Of a DNA stretch of 50,882 nucleotides, positions 41,870 to 50,677 are shown piece after piece (positions within the stretch are counted from its first letter, which is position 1; each line of letters begins with the position of its first letter). The notes beneath the pieces are model-generated. The model did no database searches, was not told the DNA's origin, and saw only the letters and a list, made by a program, of their open reading frames with translations. Where the stretch lies: assembly GCA_015711755.1 (NCBI GenBank), contig JACVIY010000001.1:1-50882 (forward strand). The letters are read 5' to 3'. Made by a program: the position numbers and the translations under genes. The stretch is from Candidatus Geothermincola secundus (GTDB lineage: Bacteria; Actinomycetota; Geothermincolia; Geothermincolales; Geothermincolaceae).

Positions 41870-42400
41870 CTAAGCCGGCTCGAACCACATCAGCAGCATG
41901 GGGTGCTCCACCGGCTCCGTGGCATAGGCCACCTTCACCGGCATGCCGGTCTTGATGTTGTCCACCGAGTCTCCCCAGTTGCGCAGCTGATGGGTGAAGT
42001 GGGTGTCGGCCCCGTCCATCTTCACCACCGCCAGCACGTAGGGGGTCTCCACCTTCATGAACGCGGGCACGAAGTTGGAGACCGAATAACTGGTGAGGGT
42101 GCCGGTGCCCGGGAGTTCCACCCAGGTGGTTATCCCCAGGCAGTCTGCGCACATCGGACGGGGTATGCCCCATACTTTGCCGCATTTCTTACATTTGGTG
42201 GTGACGAACTTCCCGTTGGCCAGTTCGATGAAGAACTTGGAGTACTTGCCCAGCACGTGCCTGTAGGTGAAGTCCATCTTCCACTCTATCCGCATGACCT
42301 CGCGGAACTCCTCCCAGGGGTCCCCGTCGGGATGCTGGAAGGCCATGGGGTCCTCCGCCTTGTAGACTTCCAGGAGGTTCTTGATAAGCTCGAGTCCCAT
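41870..42400 (-). CDS. Zn-ribbon OB-fold protein (DUF35 family).
   Basis: This is a 176-aa ORF with a rubredoxin-like CKKCGKVWGIPRPMCADC followed by an OB-fold segment LPGTGTLTSYSV. It lies 1 nt downstream of its usual thiolase-like partner. Confidence 0.8.
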   Translation of the reverse strand: MGLELIKNLLEVYKAEDPMAFQHPDGDPWEEFREVMRIEWKMDFTYRHVLGKYSKFFIELANGKFVTTKCKKCGKVWGIPRPMCADCLGITTWVELPGTGTLTSYSVSNFVPAFMKVETPYVLAVVKMDGADTHFTHQLRNWGDSVDNIKTGMPVKVAYATEPVEHPMLLMWFEPA

Positions 42401-42401
42401 A

Positions 42402-43625
42402 TTAATCCCTCCTCTCGAAGATGTTGATGACGCAGAAGGTCCCGGTCCCCCCGTGGGAGTCCATGCCCCCGCGCTTGGCGTTGAGCTCCACCTGCCGCTT
42501 GGGGTGGGCCTCCTGGCGCAGCTGGCGCAGCACCTCTACCCCCTGGGCGATTCCGGTGGCCCCCACCGGGTGGCCGAAACCGATGAGCCCGCCGGAGGTG
42601 TTGGTGGGCAGCTCGCCTCCCAGGTCGAAAACGCCCTGCTCCATGAGCTTGCCGCTCTCGCCCGGCTTGCAGAACCCGAGGTCCTCGTAGCTGACCAGCT
42701 CCACCCCGGAGTAGGCGTCGTGCACCTCGAAGCAGTCGAAGTCCTTGAGGGGATCCTTGACCCCGGCCATCTTGTAGGCCTGGGCAGAGGCCTCCCGCTT
42801 GCCGCGGAAGTGGGTGATGCCCGGGTAGGGGAAGGGGCGGTCGGCCATGCGCATGAAGTCCGTGCCGCATCCGGTGCCGGTGAGCTCGATGGTGGGCTTC
42901 TTCTCCCAGGTGGCGCTGTGCTTCTTGGCCCATTCCTCGGTGGCGAAGATCAGGCACGCCGCCCCGTCGGAGAGCAGGCAGTTGTCAAGCAGCTTGTAGG
43001 GGTAGGTGATCATCTTGGAGTTCATCACGTCTTCCACGGTGATGTCCATGGGATAGTGGGCCTTGGGGTTGTACATGGCGTTGCGGTGGTTCTTCACGCT
43101 GACCATAGCGAACTGCTCTTCCTTGGTCCCGTACTTCTCCATGTGGCTGACCATCATCATGGCGTAGTAGGCGATGTAGAACCCGGCCACCTGCACCTCC
43201 CAGTCGGTGTCGGAGGCCAGGGCGATGAACTGCTGGGCCACGTCGGAAGGGACCTGCCGCCCCATGTTCTCGGCCCCGAAGATTATCATCGAGTCGCAGA
43301 GGCCGGACATGATATAAGCGTAGGCGTTGCGGATGGCCAGCCCGCCGGTGCCGCCCCCTCCCTCAACGCGCACGTTGGGCTTGGGGCACATGCCGATGTT
43401 GTCGTGGAAGATGGCCCCCGCCTTCAGCTGCTTGTCGAAGTGGTCGCTGAAGTAGCTGGTGGTGGAATGTTCGATGTCCTCGATGCGCGTCCCCGAGTCC
43501 TCCAGCGCTTCCAGCACCGCTTCGTTGATCCAGTCGCGCATGTTGCCGTCGGTGCGCTCGGCGGCGAACTTGGATATCCCACCTCCCAACACGAATACCC
43601 TTCGCTTCTTTTCCAGGACTTCCAT
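42402..43625 (-). CDS. Thiolase-like (SCP-x type) protein, partner of the DUF35 protein.
   Basis: This is a 407-aa ORF: ...RVFVLGGGISKFA..., ...FEVHDAYSGVELVSYEDLGF... and ...NTSGGLIGFGHPVGATG. Confidence 0.8.
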   Translation of the reverse strand: MEVLEKKRRVFVLGGGISKFAAERTDGNMRDWINEAVLEALEDSGTRIEDIEHSTTSYFSDHFDKQLKAGAIFHDNIGMCPKPNVRVEGGGGTGGLAIRNAYAYIMSGLCDSMIIFGAENMGRQVPSDVAQQFIALASDTDWEVQVAGFYIAYYAMMMVSHMEKYGTKEEQFAMVSVKNHRNAMYNPKAHYPMDITVEDVMNSKMITYPYKLLDNCLLSDGAACLIFATEEWAKKHSATWEKKPTIELTGTGCGTDFMRMADRPFPYPGITHFRGKREASAQAYKMAGVKDPLKDFDCFEVHDAYSGVELVSYEDLGFCKPGESGKLMEQGVFDLGGELPTNTSGGLIGFGHPVGATGIAQGVEVLRQLRQEAHPKRQVELNAKRGGMDSHGGTGTFCVINIFERRD

Positions 43626-43658
43626 CGCTTTTCCTCCCTCTCTCCTCTATTGATTCGA

Positions 43659-44159
43659 CTACGACTCCTGTTCCAGATGAGGCTCGGCCAGGGCGAAATA
43701 GGACCGGGCGATCTCGCGCAGGGCCGCCTCTCTCTCCGGCGGGAGCTCCTTGACCACCTTCGCCGGGACCCCGGCCACCAGGGAATGCGGCGGGACCTCG
43801 GTCCTCTCGGTCACCACCGCCCCCGCCGCCACCACGCTGCCGTGGCCGATGCGGGCGTCGTCCAGAACCACCGAGTTCATGCCTATGATCGTGTTGTCCT
43901 CGATGACCGCTCCGTGCAGGATGGCCCCGTGGCCCACGGTGACGTGGCTTCCGACTCTCACCGGGCCGTGCAGGACGCAGCAGTCCTGCACGCTGGTCCA
44001 CTCCCCCACCTCGATGGGGCCGCGGTCCGCCCGCAGCACCGCGTTGAACCAGATGCTGGAGCGAGCGCCCACGGATACGTCCCCGATGAGCATGGCTCCG
44101 GGGGCAATGAAAGCTGCCTCGTCCACGCGGGGGCTCGCCTCGCGAAAGGGTATCTGCAC
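43659..44159 (-). CDS. Gamma-carbonic-anhydrase-family / hexapeptide-repeat protein.
   Basis: This is a 166-aa ORF: ...FIAPGAMLIGDVSVGARSSIWFNAVLRADRGPIEVGEWTSVQDCCVLHG...VGHGAILHGAVIEDNTIIGMNSVVLDDARIG. Confidence 0.85.
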   Translation of the reverse strand: MQIPFREASPRVDEAAFIAPGAMLIGDVSVGARSSIWFNAVLRADRGPIEVGEWTSVQDCCVLHGPVRVGSHVTVGHGAILHGAVIEDNTIIGMNSVVLDDARIGHGSVVAAGAVVTERTEVPPHSLVAGVPAKVVKELPPEREAALREIARSYFALAEPHLEQES

Positions 44160-44379
44160 GCTGTCCGGGCACCTCCCTCTTTCCTGGCGAGCGCCGGGCG
44201 GTCAGGTCCGCCGGGCCCGGCGCAAAATCGATGACATTATAACACCGCCTCCTTCGCGAAGGTAGGGATCATGGTCGTGATGAGCGGGCGCGTATGAGCC
44301 GACCGGCCCGGCGCAAAACCGATGAGGTTGACGGCATGTTTTTTATGCGAAAGCGGGGTTTATGGGCATGATAGGTGGA

Positions 44380-44387
44380 TGTATAAT
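44380..44387 (+). promoter_or_regulatory. Extended -10 box TGTATAAT upstream of the 44421 gene.
   Basis: TG lies at 44380-44381 and TATAAT at 44382-44387, 33 nt before the ATG at 44421 and followed by the RBS AAAGGGGAGAG. Confidence 0.45.
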
Positions 44388-44420
44388 ACTTTACAGTCAG
44401 TCGAAAAGAAAGGGGAGAGC

Positions 44421-45152
44421 ATGGCCCGCCTCTACTGCCAGAAGTGCGAGCGGGAGGACTCGAGCGGGGGCAAGTTCTGCCCCCAGTGCGGCAGCAAGCT
44501 CGTCCCTCACATGCGCGTGGTCATAATGCCCTTCGTGGAAAGCGGCCAGGAGACGGAAGTGGATCCCCGCTTCCGCGAGCTGGTGGAGCGGGAAGGGGAG
44601 CTGCCGCTCACCCACTGCATCGGTTGCCAGATGTACATAGCAAGTGACGTTGACAGCTTGAAGCTTTCCTCCACCCGGCGGGAGGAGTTCTTCCTGGCGA
44701 CGGGGAAGATGCTTCCGCAGCTGGTGAAGTCGGAGCTGGATAAAGTGGGTTTCTATGAAGTCCCGGAAACCGGCAGCGTGGAAGCCATCGCCGAGGCCGC
44801 CGGGGATATGCCCACCGAGCTATTCGTCCTCATCCAGGAGAAACTGGACCCCGACTTCCTTTTTCTGCCCGAGGTGAACTGTTTTCTCTTCCGCTATCCC
44901 CATCCCTACGGCAAGGACGAGGTGTCCTCATCGGGGTTCGCTTACGCGCAGCTGAGCGCCTTCCTGCTGGACAATCGGCAGAACCGCATCGTCAGCCGCG
45001 GCAGCGGGGCGGGGCTGAGCCGCTACCTCCCCCCTCCAGGCACCCAGATGACCGAGGAAACGGCCATCGATCTGGACCGCCAGATGCAGTGCCTGCTGCA
45101 AGCCAGTTCCGCCGCCGTCCGCGACCTGCTGACCCGCATGAGGATGATCTGA
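44421..45152 (+). CDS. Hypothetical protein with an N-terminal zinc ribbon.
   Basis: ATG 44421 gives MARLYCQKCEREDSSGGKFCPQCGSKLV. The remaining ~210 aa have no motif I recognise. Confidence 0.55.
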   Translation: MARLYCQKCEREDSSGGKFCPQCGSKLVPHMRVVIMPFVESGQETEVDPRFRELVEREGELPLTHCIGCQMYIASDVDSLKLSSTRREEFFLATGKMLPQLVKSELDKVGFYEVPETGSVEAIAEAAGDMPTELFVLIQEKLDPDFLFLPEVNCFLFRYPHPYGKDEVSSSGFAYAQLSAFLLDNRQNRIVSRGSGAGLSRYLPPPGTQMTEETAIDLDRQMQCLLQASSAAVRDLLTRMRMI

Positions 45153-45492
45153 CGGGGCCAGCCCTTCACCTTTCCCATTTTTTACCGACCTCAGGTTTGT
45201 GAATCGGTGTCTTGGATCGGTGTCTGACGCCATCTCAAAACGCGCCCAGGCCAGGGTGAGCACTGTCATCGCTAGCGGAAGCTGAAAGCCGGAGCGCGGC
45301 GATCTCCTGCCACTGCCCTTTTGGCCTCCTGCATCTCGCTGAGGTCGCCGCGCCGCGCCGCCTCTGCCCGCCATGCATGCAAATCAGGGTCAGGCTTCCA
45401 ATCCCCGATCTTTTCATGCGGCTTCCCGCGATGACAGGCGCCTTCAGGCCCGCGTTTTCGGAGTAGGGGCTGCGGGGGCGAGGCGGCTGCTG

Positions 45493-45501
45493 TGCTATAA
45501 T
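45493..45501 (+). promoter_or_regulatory. Extended -10 box TGCTATAAT upstream of iorA.
   Basis: TG lies at 45493-45494 and TATAAT at 45496-45501, followed by the RBS GGAGGAAGGAG and the TTG start at 45537. There is no convincing -35. Confidence 0.5.
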
Positions 45502-45536
45502 CACTTGCGCCGGCGAGGGGAGGAAGGAGACGGGTT

Positions 45537-47342
45537 TTGCGGCGACGCCTTCTTTCGGGCAACGAGGCCATAGCCCTGGGGGCCTATTCCGCGGGAGTGC
45601 GGGTGGGCACCGCCTATCCCGGGACCCCCTCCACCGAGATACTGGAAGAGCTGGCGCGTTTCCCCGAACCCTATGTGGAGTGGTCGCCCAACGAAAAGGT
45701 GGCCCTGGAAGTGGGCATGGGGGCGGCGCTGGGAGGGGCGCGTACGCTTGTGTGCATGAAGCACGTGGGCCTGAACGTGGCCGCCGATCCCTGGATGACT
45801 CTTTCCTACATCGGGGTGAACGCAGGACTGGTCCTGGTCAGCGCGGACGACCCCGGGATGCATTCCTCCCAGAACGAACAGGACAACCGCTATTACGCGG
45901 TGATGGCCAAGGTCCCCATGCTGGAGCCGTCCGACAGCCAAGAGGCCTACGAGATGGTCAGGGCGGCCTTCCGGCTCTCCGAGGAGCACGACGTCCCGGT
46001 GCTGCTGCGCACGGAGACCCGCGTATGCCATTCCCGATCCATGGTCGAATATCGCCAGGAGCGCGAGGAGGTGGACCTGCCCTACGAGAAGGACTATGTC
46101 AAGCGGGTGATGGTCCCCGGCCATGCGCGGCTGCGCCATCCCGTGCTCATCGCCAAGCTGGAGCGCCTCCGCGAAGAGGCGGAACGCTCGCCTTTCAATC
46201 GCGCGGAGATGCGTTCCAGCAGGGTGGGCATGGTCACCAGCGGCGTCTGTTATCAGTACGTACGCGAGGCCTTTCCGGAGGCCTCGGTCCTGAAGCTGGG
46301 ATTCACCCACCCCCTGCCGGAGAAGCTCATTCACGAGTTCGCCTCGCACTTCCACCGACTCTACGTGGTGGAGGAGCTGGAGCCCTACCTGGAGGAACGC
46401 ATCAAGGCCATGGGCATCGACGCGGTGGGCAAAGCCCGCGTGCCCCGGACAGGAGAACTCGACCCCGATTCCGTGGGACGCGCGCTGGCCGACATCGTGG
46501 AGATGGACACGGGGGTGAGGGGAGGGGGATGGAGCCCGCCTCTCCAAGAGGGCCTCCCGCCGATCCTGAACGAGCTTCCGGCCCGCCCCCCGGTGATGTG
46601 CCCGGGTTGCCCGCACAGAGGGGTCTTCCACGCGCTCTCGCGCATGAAAGCGGTGGTCTCCTCGGACATCGGCTGCTATACCCTGAGCGTGTTCAGCCCC
46701 ATCGAGGGCATCGACTGCCAGGTATGCATGGGGGCCAGCGTGGGTATGGCTCTGGGGTTGGAGAAGGCCTTTCTCAGCAGCGAGGCCAATCGGGGAAAAG
46801 AGAAGAAGGTGGTGGCGGTGCTGGGCGACTCCACCTTCATCCACGGCGGCATCACCGGCCTGATCGACATCGTGTACAACCGCGGGTTCTCCACGGTTAT
46901 AATCCTGGATAACCGCACCACCGCCATGACCGGGTTCCAACCCCATCCCGGAACCGGGCGGACCATCAGGGGGGAGGAGACCTTCGCCCTGGACCTGGCG
47001 GAGCTGGGGAGGGCGGTCGGTGTGGAGTCCGTTCGGGTGATCGACCCCTGGGACCTGGAGGAGACCGGGCGGGTGCTGGAGGAGGAAGTGGGAGCGGAGC
47101 GCTCCTCGCTGGTCATCGCCCGGCGGGGTTGCGTGCAGCGGGAGCGGGACCGCGAATACTCCCCCTACCGCGTGGACGCGGAGGCCTGCAATGACTGCGG
47201 GCTGTGCATGCGGCTGGGATGTCCCGCTCTCGTCAAGCGAGAGGGATCGGTGGCGGTGGACGAGACGCTCTGCGCCGGCTGTTCCCTCTGCGCTCAGCTC
47301 TGCCGCCGCGGGGCCATAGCGGAGGTGGGCGGGGATGGCTGA
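45537..47342 (+). CDS. iorA: Indolepyruvate:ferredoxin oxidoreductase subunit alpha.
   Basis: This is a 601-aa ORF. It begins LLSGNEAIALGAYSAGVRVGTAYPGTPSTEILE, has the TPP region GDSTFIHGGITGLI, and has two C-terminal 4Fe-4S motifs, CNDCGLCMRLGCPA and CAGCSLCAQLC. Confidence 0.85.
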   Translation: MRRRLLSGNEAIALGAYSAGVRVGTAYPGTPSTEILEELARFPEPYVEWSPNEKVALEVGMGAALGGARTLVCMKHVGLNVAADPWMTLSYIGVNAGLVLVSADDPGMHSSQNEQDNRYYAVMAKVPMLEPSDSQEAYEMVRAAFRLSEEHDVPVLLRTETRVCHSRSMVEYRQEREEVDLPYEKDYVKRVMVPGHARLRHPVLIAKLERLREEAERSPFNRAEMRSSRVGMVTSGVCYQYVREAFPEASVLKLGFTHPLPEKLIHEFASHFHRLYVVEELEPYLEERIKAMGIDAVGKARVPRTGELDPDSVGRALADIVEMDTGVRGGGWSPPLQEGLPPILNELPARPPVMCPGCPHRGVFHALSRMKAVVSSDIGCYTLSVFSPIEGIDCQVCMGASVGMALGLEKAFLSSEANRGKEKKVVAVLGDSTFIHGGITGLIDIVYNRGFSTVIILDNRTTAMTGFQPHPGTGRTIRGEETFALDLAELGRAVGVESVRVIDPWDLEETGRVLEEEVGAERSSLVIARRGCVQRERDREYSPYRVDAEACNDCGLCMRLGCPALVKREGSVAVDETLCAGCSLCAQLCRRGAIAEVGGDG

Positions 47343-47904
47343 CGTGGTCATGGCCGGCACCGGCGGCCAGGGCATCATCCTGGCCGCGCGCATCGTCGCC
47401 GAGGTTGCGGTGCGCATGGGCTACGACGTCAAGACCTCCGAGGTGCACGGCATGGCCCAGAGGGGCGGCAGCGTGGTCTCCATGGTGCGCTGGGGAGAGC
47501 GGGTGTTCTCCCCCCTCATACCCCGGGGTCATGCGGACTTCCTTCTGGCCTTCGAGGGGCTGGAGGGGTTGCGCTGCCTGCCGTTTTTAAAGCCGGGCGG
47601 CAGGGTGATAGTGAACCTCTACCGGCTGGATCCCCTGCCGGTGCTTCGGGGGGACGCGGACTATCCCCAGGACTACCTTGAGATCATCAGGGGGTTCGCG
47701 CCGGGGACCCTAGCAATCGACGCGGTGGAGATGGCGCGGGCTGCGGGCAATCCCCGCGTCGCCAGCGCGGTCATGGCGGGGGCCCTTTCATCACTCCTGG
47801 ACTTCCCCGCGGACATCTGGGAGGAGGCGATCCGCACCCTGGTGCCCGCCCGGGCGCTGGAGGCCAATCTCCGAGGCTTCGCGGCGGGAAGGAGGGCCGG
47901 CTGA
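47335..47904 (+). CDS. iorB: Indolepyruvate oxidoreductase subunit beta.
   Basis: This is a 189-aa ORF: VVMAGTGGQGIILAARIVAEVA...EVHGMAQRGGSVVS. It overlaps iorA by 8 nt. Confidence 0.85.
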   Translation: MADVVMAGTGGQGIILAARIVAEVAVRMGYDVKTSEVHGMAQRGGSVVSMVRWGERVFSPLIPRGHADFLLAFEGLEGLRCLPFLKPGGRVIVNLYRLDPLPVLRGDADYPQDYLEIIRGFAPGTLAIDAVEMARAAGNPRVASAVMAGALSSLLDFPADIWEEAIRTLVPARALEANLRGFAAGRRAG

Positions 47905-47905
47905 A

Positions 47906-48913
47906 ATGCCCCGCCGCATCGAGAAGTTCGACTGGTACAAGCAGCACACCTTCAAGCATCAGCAGTACAGGGACATACCCCGACTGATCAGATTGAAAGA
48001 GGAAAGAGGCCACACCATAAGCCTCTGCCTCCCCTCCCTGAACGAGGGTAGCACCATCGGCAACATCATCGAGGTGATAAAGAGGAAGCTGGTGGATGAG
48101 CACCGTCTGATCGACGAGATCTGCGTGATGGATGGGGGGAGCAGCGACGATACCGTGGAGGTGGCGGAGGCGGCGGGGGCCAAGGTATACCGGCAGGAGC
48201 GGGTGCTGCGCGGAGCCGGCAGGGGACAGGGCAAGGGAGACGCCCTCTGGAAGAGTCTGTACGTCATGAAGGGCGATATCATCGTCTGGCTGGATTCCGA
48301 CATACGCAACATCCATCCCCGCTTCGTCTACGGGCTGGTGGGACCCCTGCTGGAACACCCCCATATCCAACTGGTGAAGGGCTTCTATCAGCGGCCCATA
48401 CAGAGCGGTTTGAAACGGCGCCGCAAGACGGGCGGGGGGCGCGTGACCGAACTGGTGGCCCGTCCTCTCCTATCCCTGTTCTACCCGGAGCTATCCGCCC
48501 TCATCCAGCCGCTCTCCGGGGAGTACGCGGGCCGCCGTCAGGCTCTGGAGAGCATACCCTTTTTCACCGGCTACGGGGTGGAGATAGGGATGATCATCGA
48601 TATGCGCAACCGCTACGGCATGGAGGCGCTGGCCCAGGTGGACCTGGTGGAAAGGGTGCATTATAACCAGACCATAGCCGCTCTGGGGAGGATGAGTTTC
48701 GGGGTCATGCAGGCGGTGCTGCTGCGCCTGCAGGAGGACGGGAAGATAGAGCTGAAACAGGAATTCGGCCGTTATTTCACGCAGGTCGACTTCAAGGAGG
48801 GGGAATACCTCCTGGACAAACGGCGCATCGAGGTGATCGAGAGGCCTCCCATAAAGGAGCTGCGGGAGTACCGCAAGAAGTTCGGCCTGGAAGGCGAGAG
48901 CGCCGTGGGGTGA
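47906..48913 (+). CDS. gpgS: Glucosyl-3-phosphoglycerate synthase-like GT-A glycosyltransferase (GT81 type).
   Basis: This is a 335-aa ORF: ...ISLCLPSLNEGSTIGNII..., ...GKGDALWKS... and the DxD-type WLDSDI. It starts 1 nt after the iorB stop and is followed by a HAD phosphatase gene. Glucosyl versus mannosyl specificity cannot be read from the sequence. Confidence 0.65.
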   Translation: MPRRIEKFDWYKQHTFKHQQYRDIPRLIRLKEERGHTISLCLPSLNEGSTIGNIIEVIKRKLVDEHRLIDEICVMDGGSSDDTVEVAEAAGAKVYRQERVLRGAGRGQGKGDALWKSLYVMKGDIIVWLDSDIRNIHPRFVYGLVGPLLEHPHIQLVKGFYQRPIQSGLKRRRKTGGGRVTELVARPLLSLFYPELSALIQPLSGEYAGRRQALESIPFFTGYGVEIGMIIDMRNRYGMEALAQVDLVERVHYNQTIAALGRMSFGVMQAVLLRLQEDGKIELKQEFGRYFTQVDFKEGEYLLDKRRIEVIERPPIKELREYRKKFGLEGESAVG

Positions 48914-48985
48914 GACCGGGGGCGGGGGAGAGGCCGGGGATCCTCCCGCCGCCGCGGTCCGTTGGTGGGGCCGTCTGGAGGGATC

Positions 48986-49918
48986 ATGGAGGGAGCATCA
49001 GGTCCTCTGAAGAGGCGCGGGGATCCCGACCTTGAACGTATGGCGGAGATGCGCTCCGCCCGGAACAACCTCGAGGAGATAAGAAAGCGCCTCTCCCGCG
49101 TGAAAGTGGTATACACCGATGTTGACGGCACTCTCATGGGGCCTGGGGGATGTTTCTTCCTCAACGCGGAACGGAAGTATACCCTGAGGCCCGCCCTGAC
49201 CCTGGTGCGGGCGCTGGAGGCGGGGCTGGACGTCTTCCTGGTCTCCGGCCGCAGCCGCACAGGTCTCCTGGAGGCCGCTCGCATCCTGGGGCTACGCAAC
49301 TATGTGGCCGAGTTGGGCGCGGAGACGGTGTACGACCTGGGCGAAGAGGTGGTCAGGGATTACGGCGTCTTCGAGGGGAAGACCGATGACCTGCTGGCCC
49401 ACATCGAATCGCTGGGCGTCCTCGACTTCCTCTTCGACAGGTATCCCGGCAGGGTGGAGCCGCACGAACCCTGGTCCAGGCAGCGCGAGTGCGTCCCCCT
49501 GCTGCGCGGGCTGCTGGACCCGGAGGAGGTCAACCGCGAGTTCGACCGGCGCTTCCCCGGGCTGATGCTGGTGGATAACGGGATAATCCCGCGCTCCTAC
49601 CCCGGTCTGGAGGTAGAGGAGGTGCGGGCCTACCATGTGGTGCCTCGGGGGGTCAGCAAGGAGAACGCGGTGGCCGCGGACATGCGCAGACGCGGCCTGC
49701 GTCGGGAGGAAGCGGCGGCGGTCGGCGACGCCCAGGCCGACCTGCACTTCGCTCGCGAGGTGGGGGTCTTCTTCCTGATGCGCAACGGCCTCTATGCCAG
49801 CCCTCAGACGGCGGGCATGCTCGAGGAACACGAGAACGCTTTCGTCACCGAAGGGATGCTCAACGAGGGTTGGGCGGAGGCGGTGGAGATCTGCCTGACC
49901 ATCAAAAGGTCCGGCTGA
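48986..49918 (+). CDS. HAD-IIB family phosphatase (glucosyl/mannosyl-3-phosphoglycerate phosphatase-like).
   Basis: The HAD motif I is VVYTDVDGTLMG, followed by ...VSGRS... and a C-terminal ...VGDAQADLHFA. The start is uncertain: ATG 48986 follows GGAGGG, and the listed ORF starts at 48962. Confidence 0.6.
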   Translation: MEGASGPLKRRGDPDLERMAEMRSARNNLEEIRKRLSRVKVVYTDVDGTLMGPGGCFFLNAERKYTLRPALTLVRALEAGLDVFLVSGRSRTGLLEAARILGLRNYVAELGAETVYDLGEEVVRDYGVFEGKTDDLLAHIESLGVLDFLFDRYPGRVEPHEPWSRQRECVPLLRGLLDPEEVNREFDRRFPGLMLVDNGIIPRSYPGLEVEEVRAYHVVPRGVSKENAVAADMRRRGLRREEAAAVGDAQADLHFAREVGVFFLMRNGLYASPQTAGMLEEHENAFVTEGMLNEGWAEAVEICLTIKRSG

Positions 49919-49939
49919 GGGGACGGAGAGGAGGATCTC

Positions 49940-50677
49940 TTGGTCCTGCAGTGGGCGGAGGGGCTGATCTGCCTGGTGGCGGGGCTCATCTTCGCCGCGT
50001 GCGCCCTGCGCATACGCGGCCTCTCCGCGAGCAAGGCATTGAGGGTGAGGCGGGCAGCTTCCGCCAATGCCCTGCTGTGGGCGGCCGTGGCTGCCGGGAG
50101 CTTCCTGCTGACCCTGGCCGCCGCCCTCACCGTTTCCGGATGGGAGGAGGCGGGGGACGTGGCTCGCTCAGCATCCGCACTGTCCTGGGGGATCGTGGTG
50201 ATCCCCCTTTTCTACCTCTACGGCTACCTAATCCTCCGGGAGCCGTGGGAGGCCCATCTGGCGGGAGCGGTGGGAGCCGTCATCTTCGCCGCGGGTTCGC
50301 TGGCGCTGTTCCGGGCCCCCCGCGCCGTGGTGGAGGTGGCAGAGGGCTACCGCATACAGACGGTGGAAGATGCGCTCACCCGCTTCGCCATCCTCTCCGT
50401 CGTCCTTATCATCGGCGCGGTAGTCAGCGCTTTCCTGTGGCGCATCTCAAGAGATCTGGAGGGATTGGGACGCTGGCGGAGCGTGTTGGGCACCCTGGCC
50501 CTGAGCGTCTTCGTCCTCTCCATGCTGGTCCGCCTGGCCTGGCAGGTCCTGGCGGCCACCTTCGCCTCGCGCTTCCTCCTCCTCGCCTCCGCCCTCCTGC
50601 TGTATTGGGGGTATTTCCTGCCGCCCCGGCATTACCTTAAGGGGGAGCGCAAGGAAGACGGCCGGGTACAGCCATGA
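49940..50677 (+). CDS. Polytopic integral membrane protein, function unknown.
   Basis: This is a 245-aa ORF with about 6 hydrophobic segments, including LICLVAGLIFAACAL, ALLWAAVAAGSFLLTLAAAL, WGIVVIPLFYLYGYLIL, AVGAVIFAAGSLALF, AILSVVLIIGAVVSAFLW and LALSVFVLSMLVRLAW. The start is TTG. Confidence 0.6.
   Translation: MVLQWAEGLICLVAGLIFAACALRIRGLSASKALRVRRAASANALLWAAVAAGSFLLTLAAALTVSGWEEAGDVARSASALSWGIVVIPLFYLYGYLILREPWEAHLAGAVGAVIFAAGSLALFRAPRAVVEVAEGYRIQTVEDALTRFAILSVVLIIGAVVSAFLWRISRDLEGLGRWRSVLGTLALSVFVLSMLVRLAWQVLAATFASRFLLLASALLLYWGYFLPPRHYLKGERKEDGRVQP

Noticed and set aside
42381-44234. A 617-aa plus-strand ORF lies over the SCP-x thiolase-like and gamma-CA genes.
   Set aside because: The reasoning is the same. 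It is an antisense shadow with no motifs, and the opposite strand encodes recognisable proteins.
45501-47417. A 638-aa minus-strand ORF lies antisense to iorA.
   Set aside because: iorA on the plus strand has TPP and 2x[4Fe-4S] motifs and an RBS. The antisense ORF is Gly/His/Arg/Pro-rich with no features.
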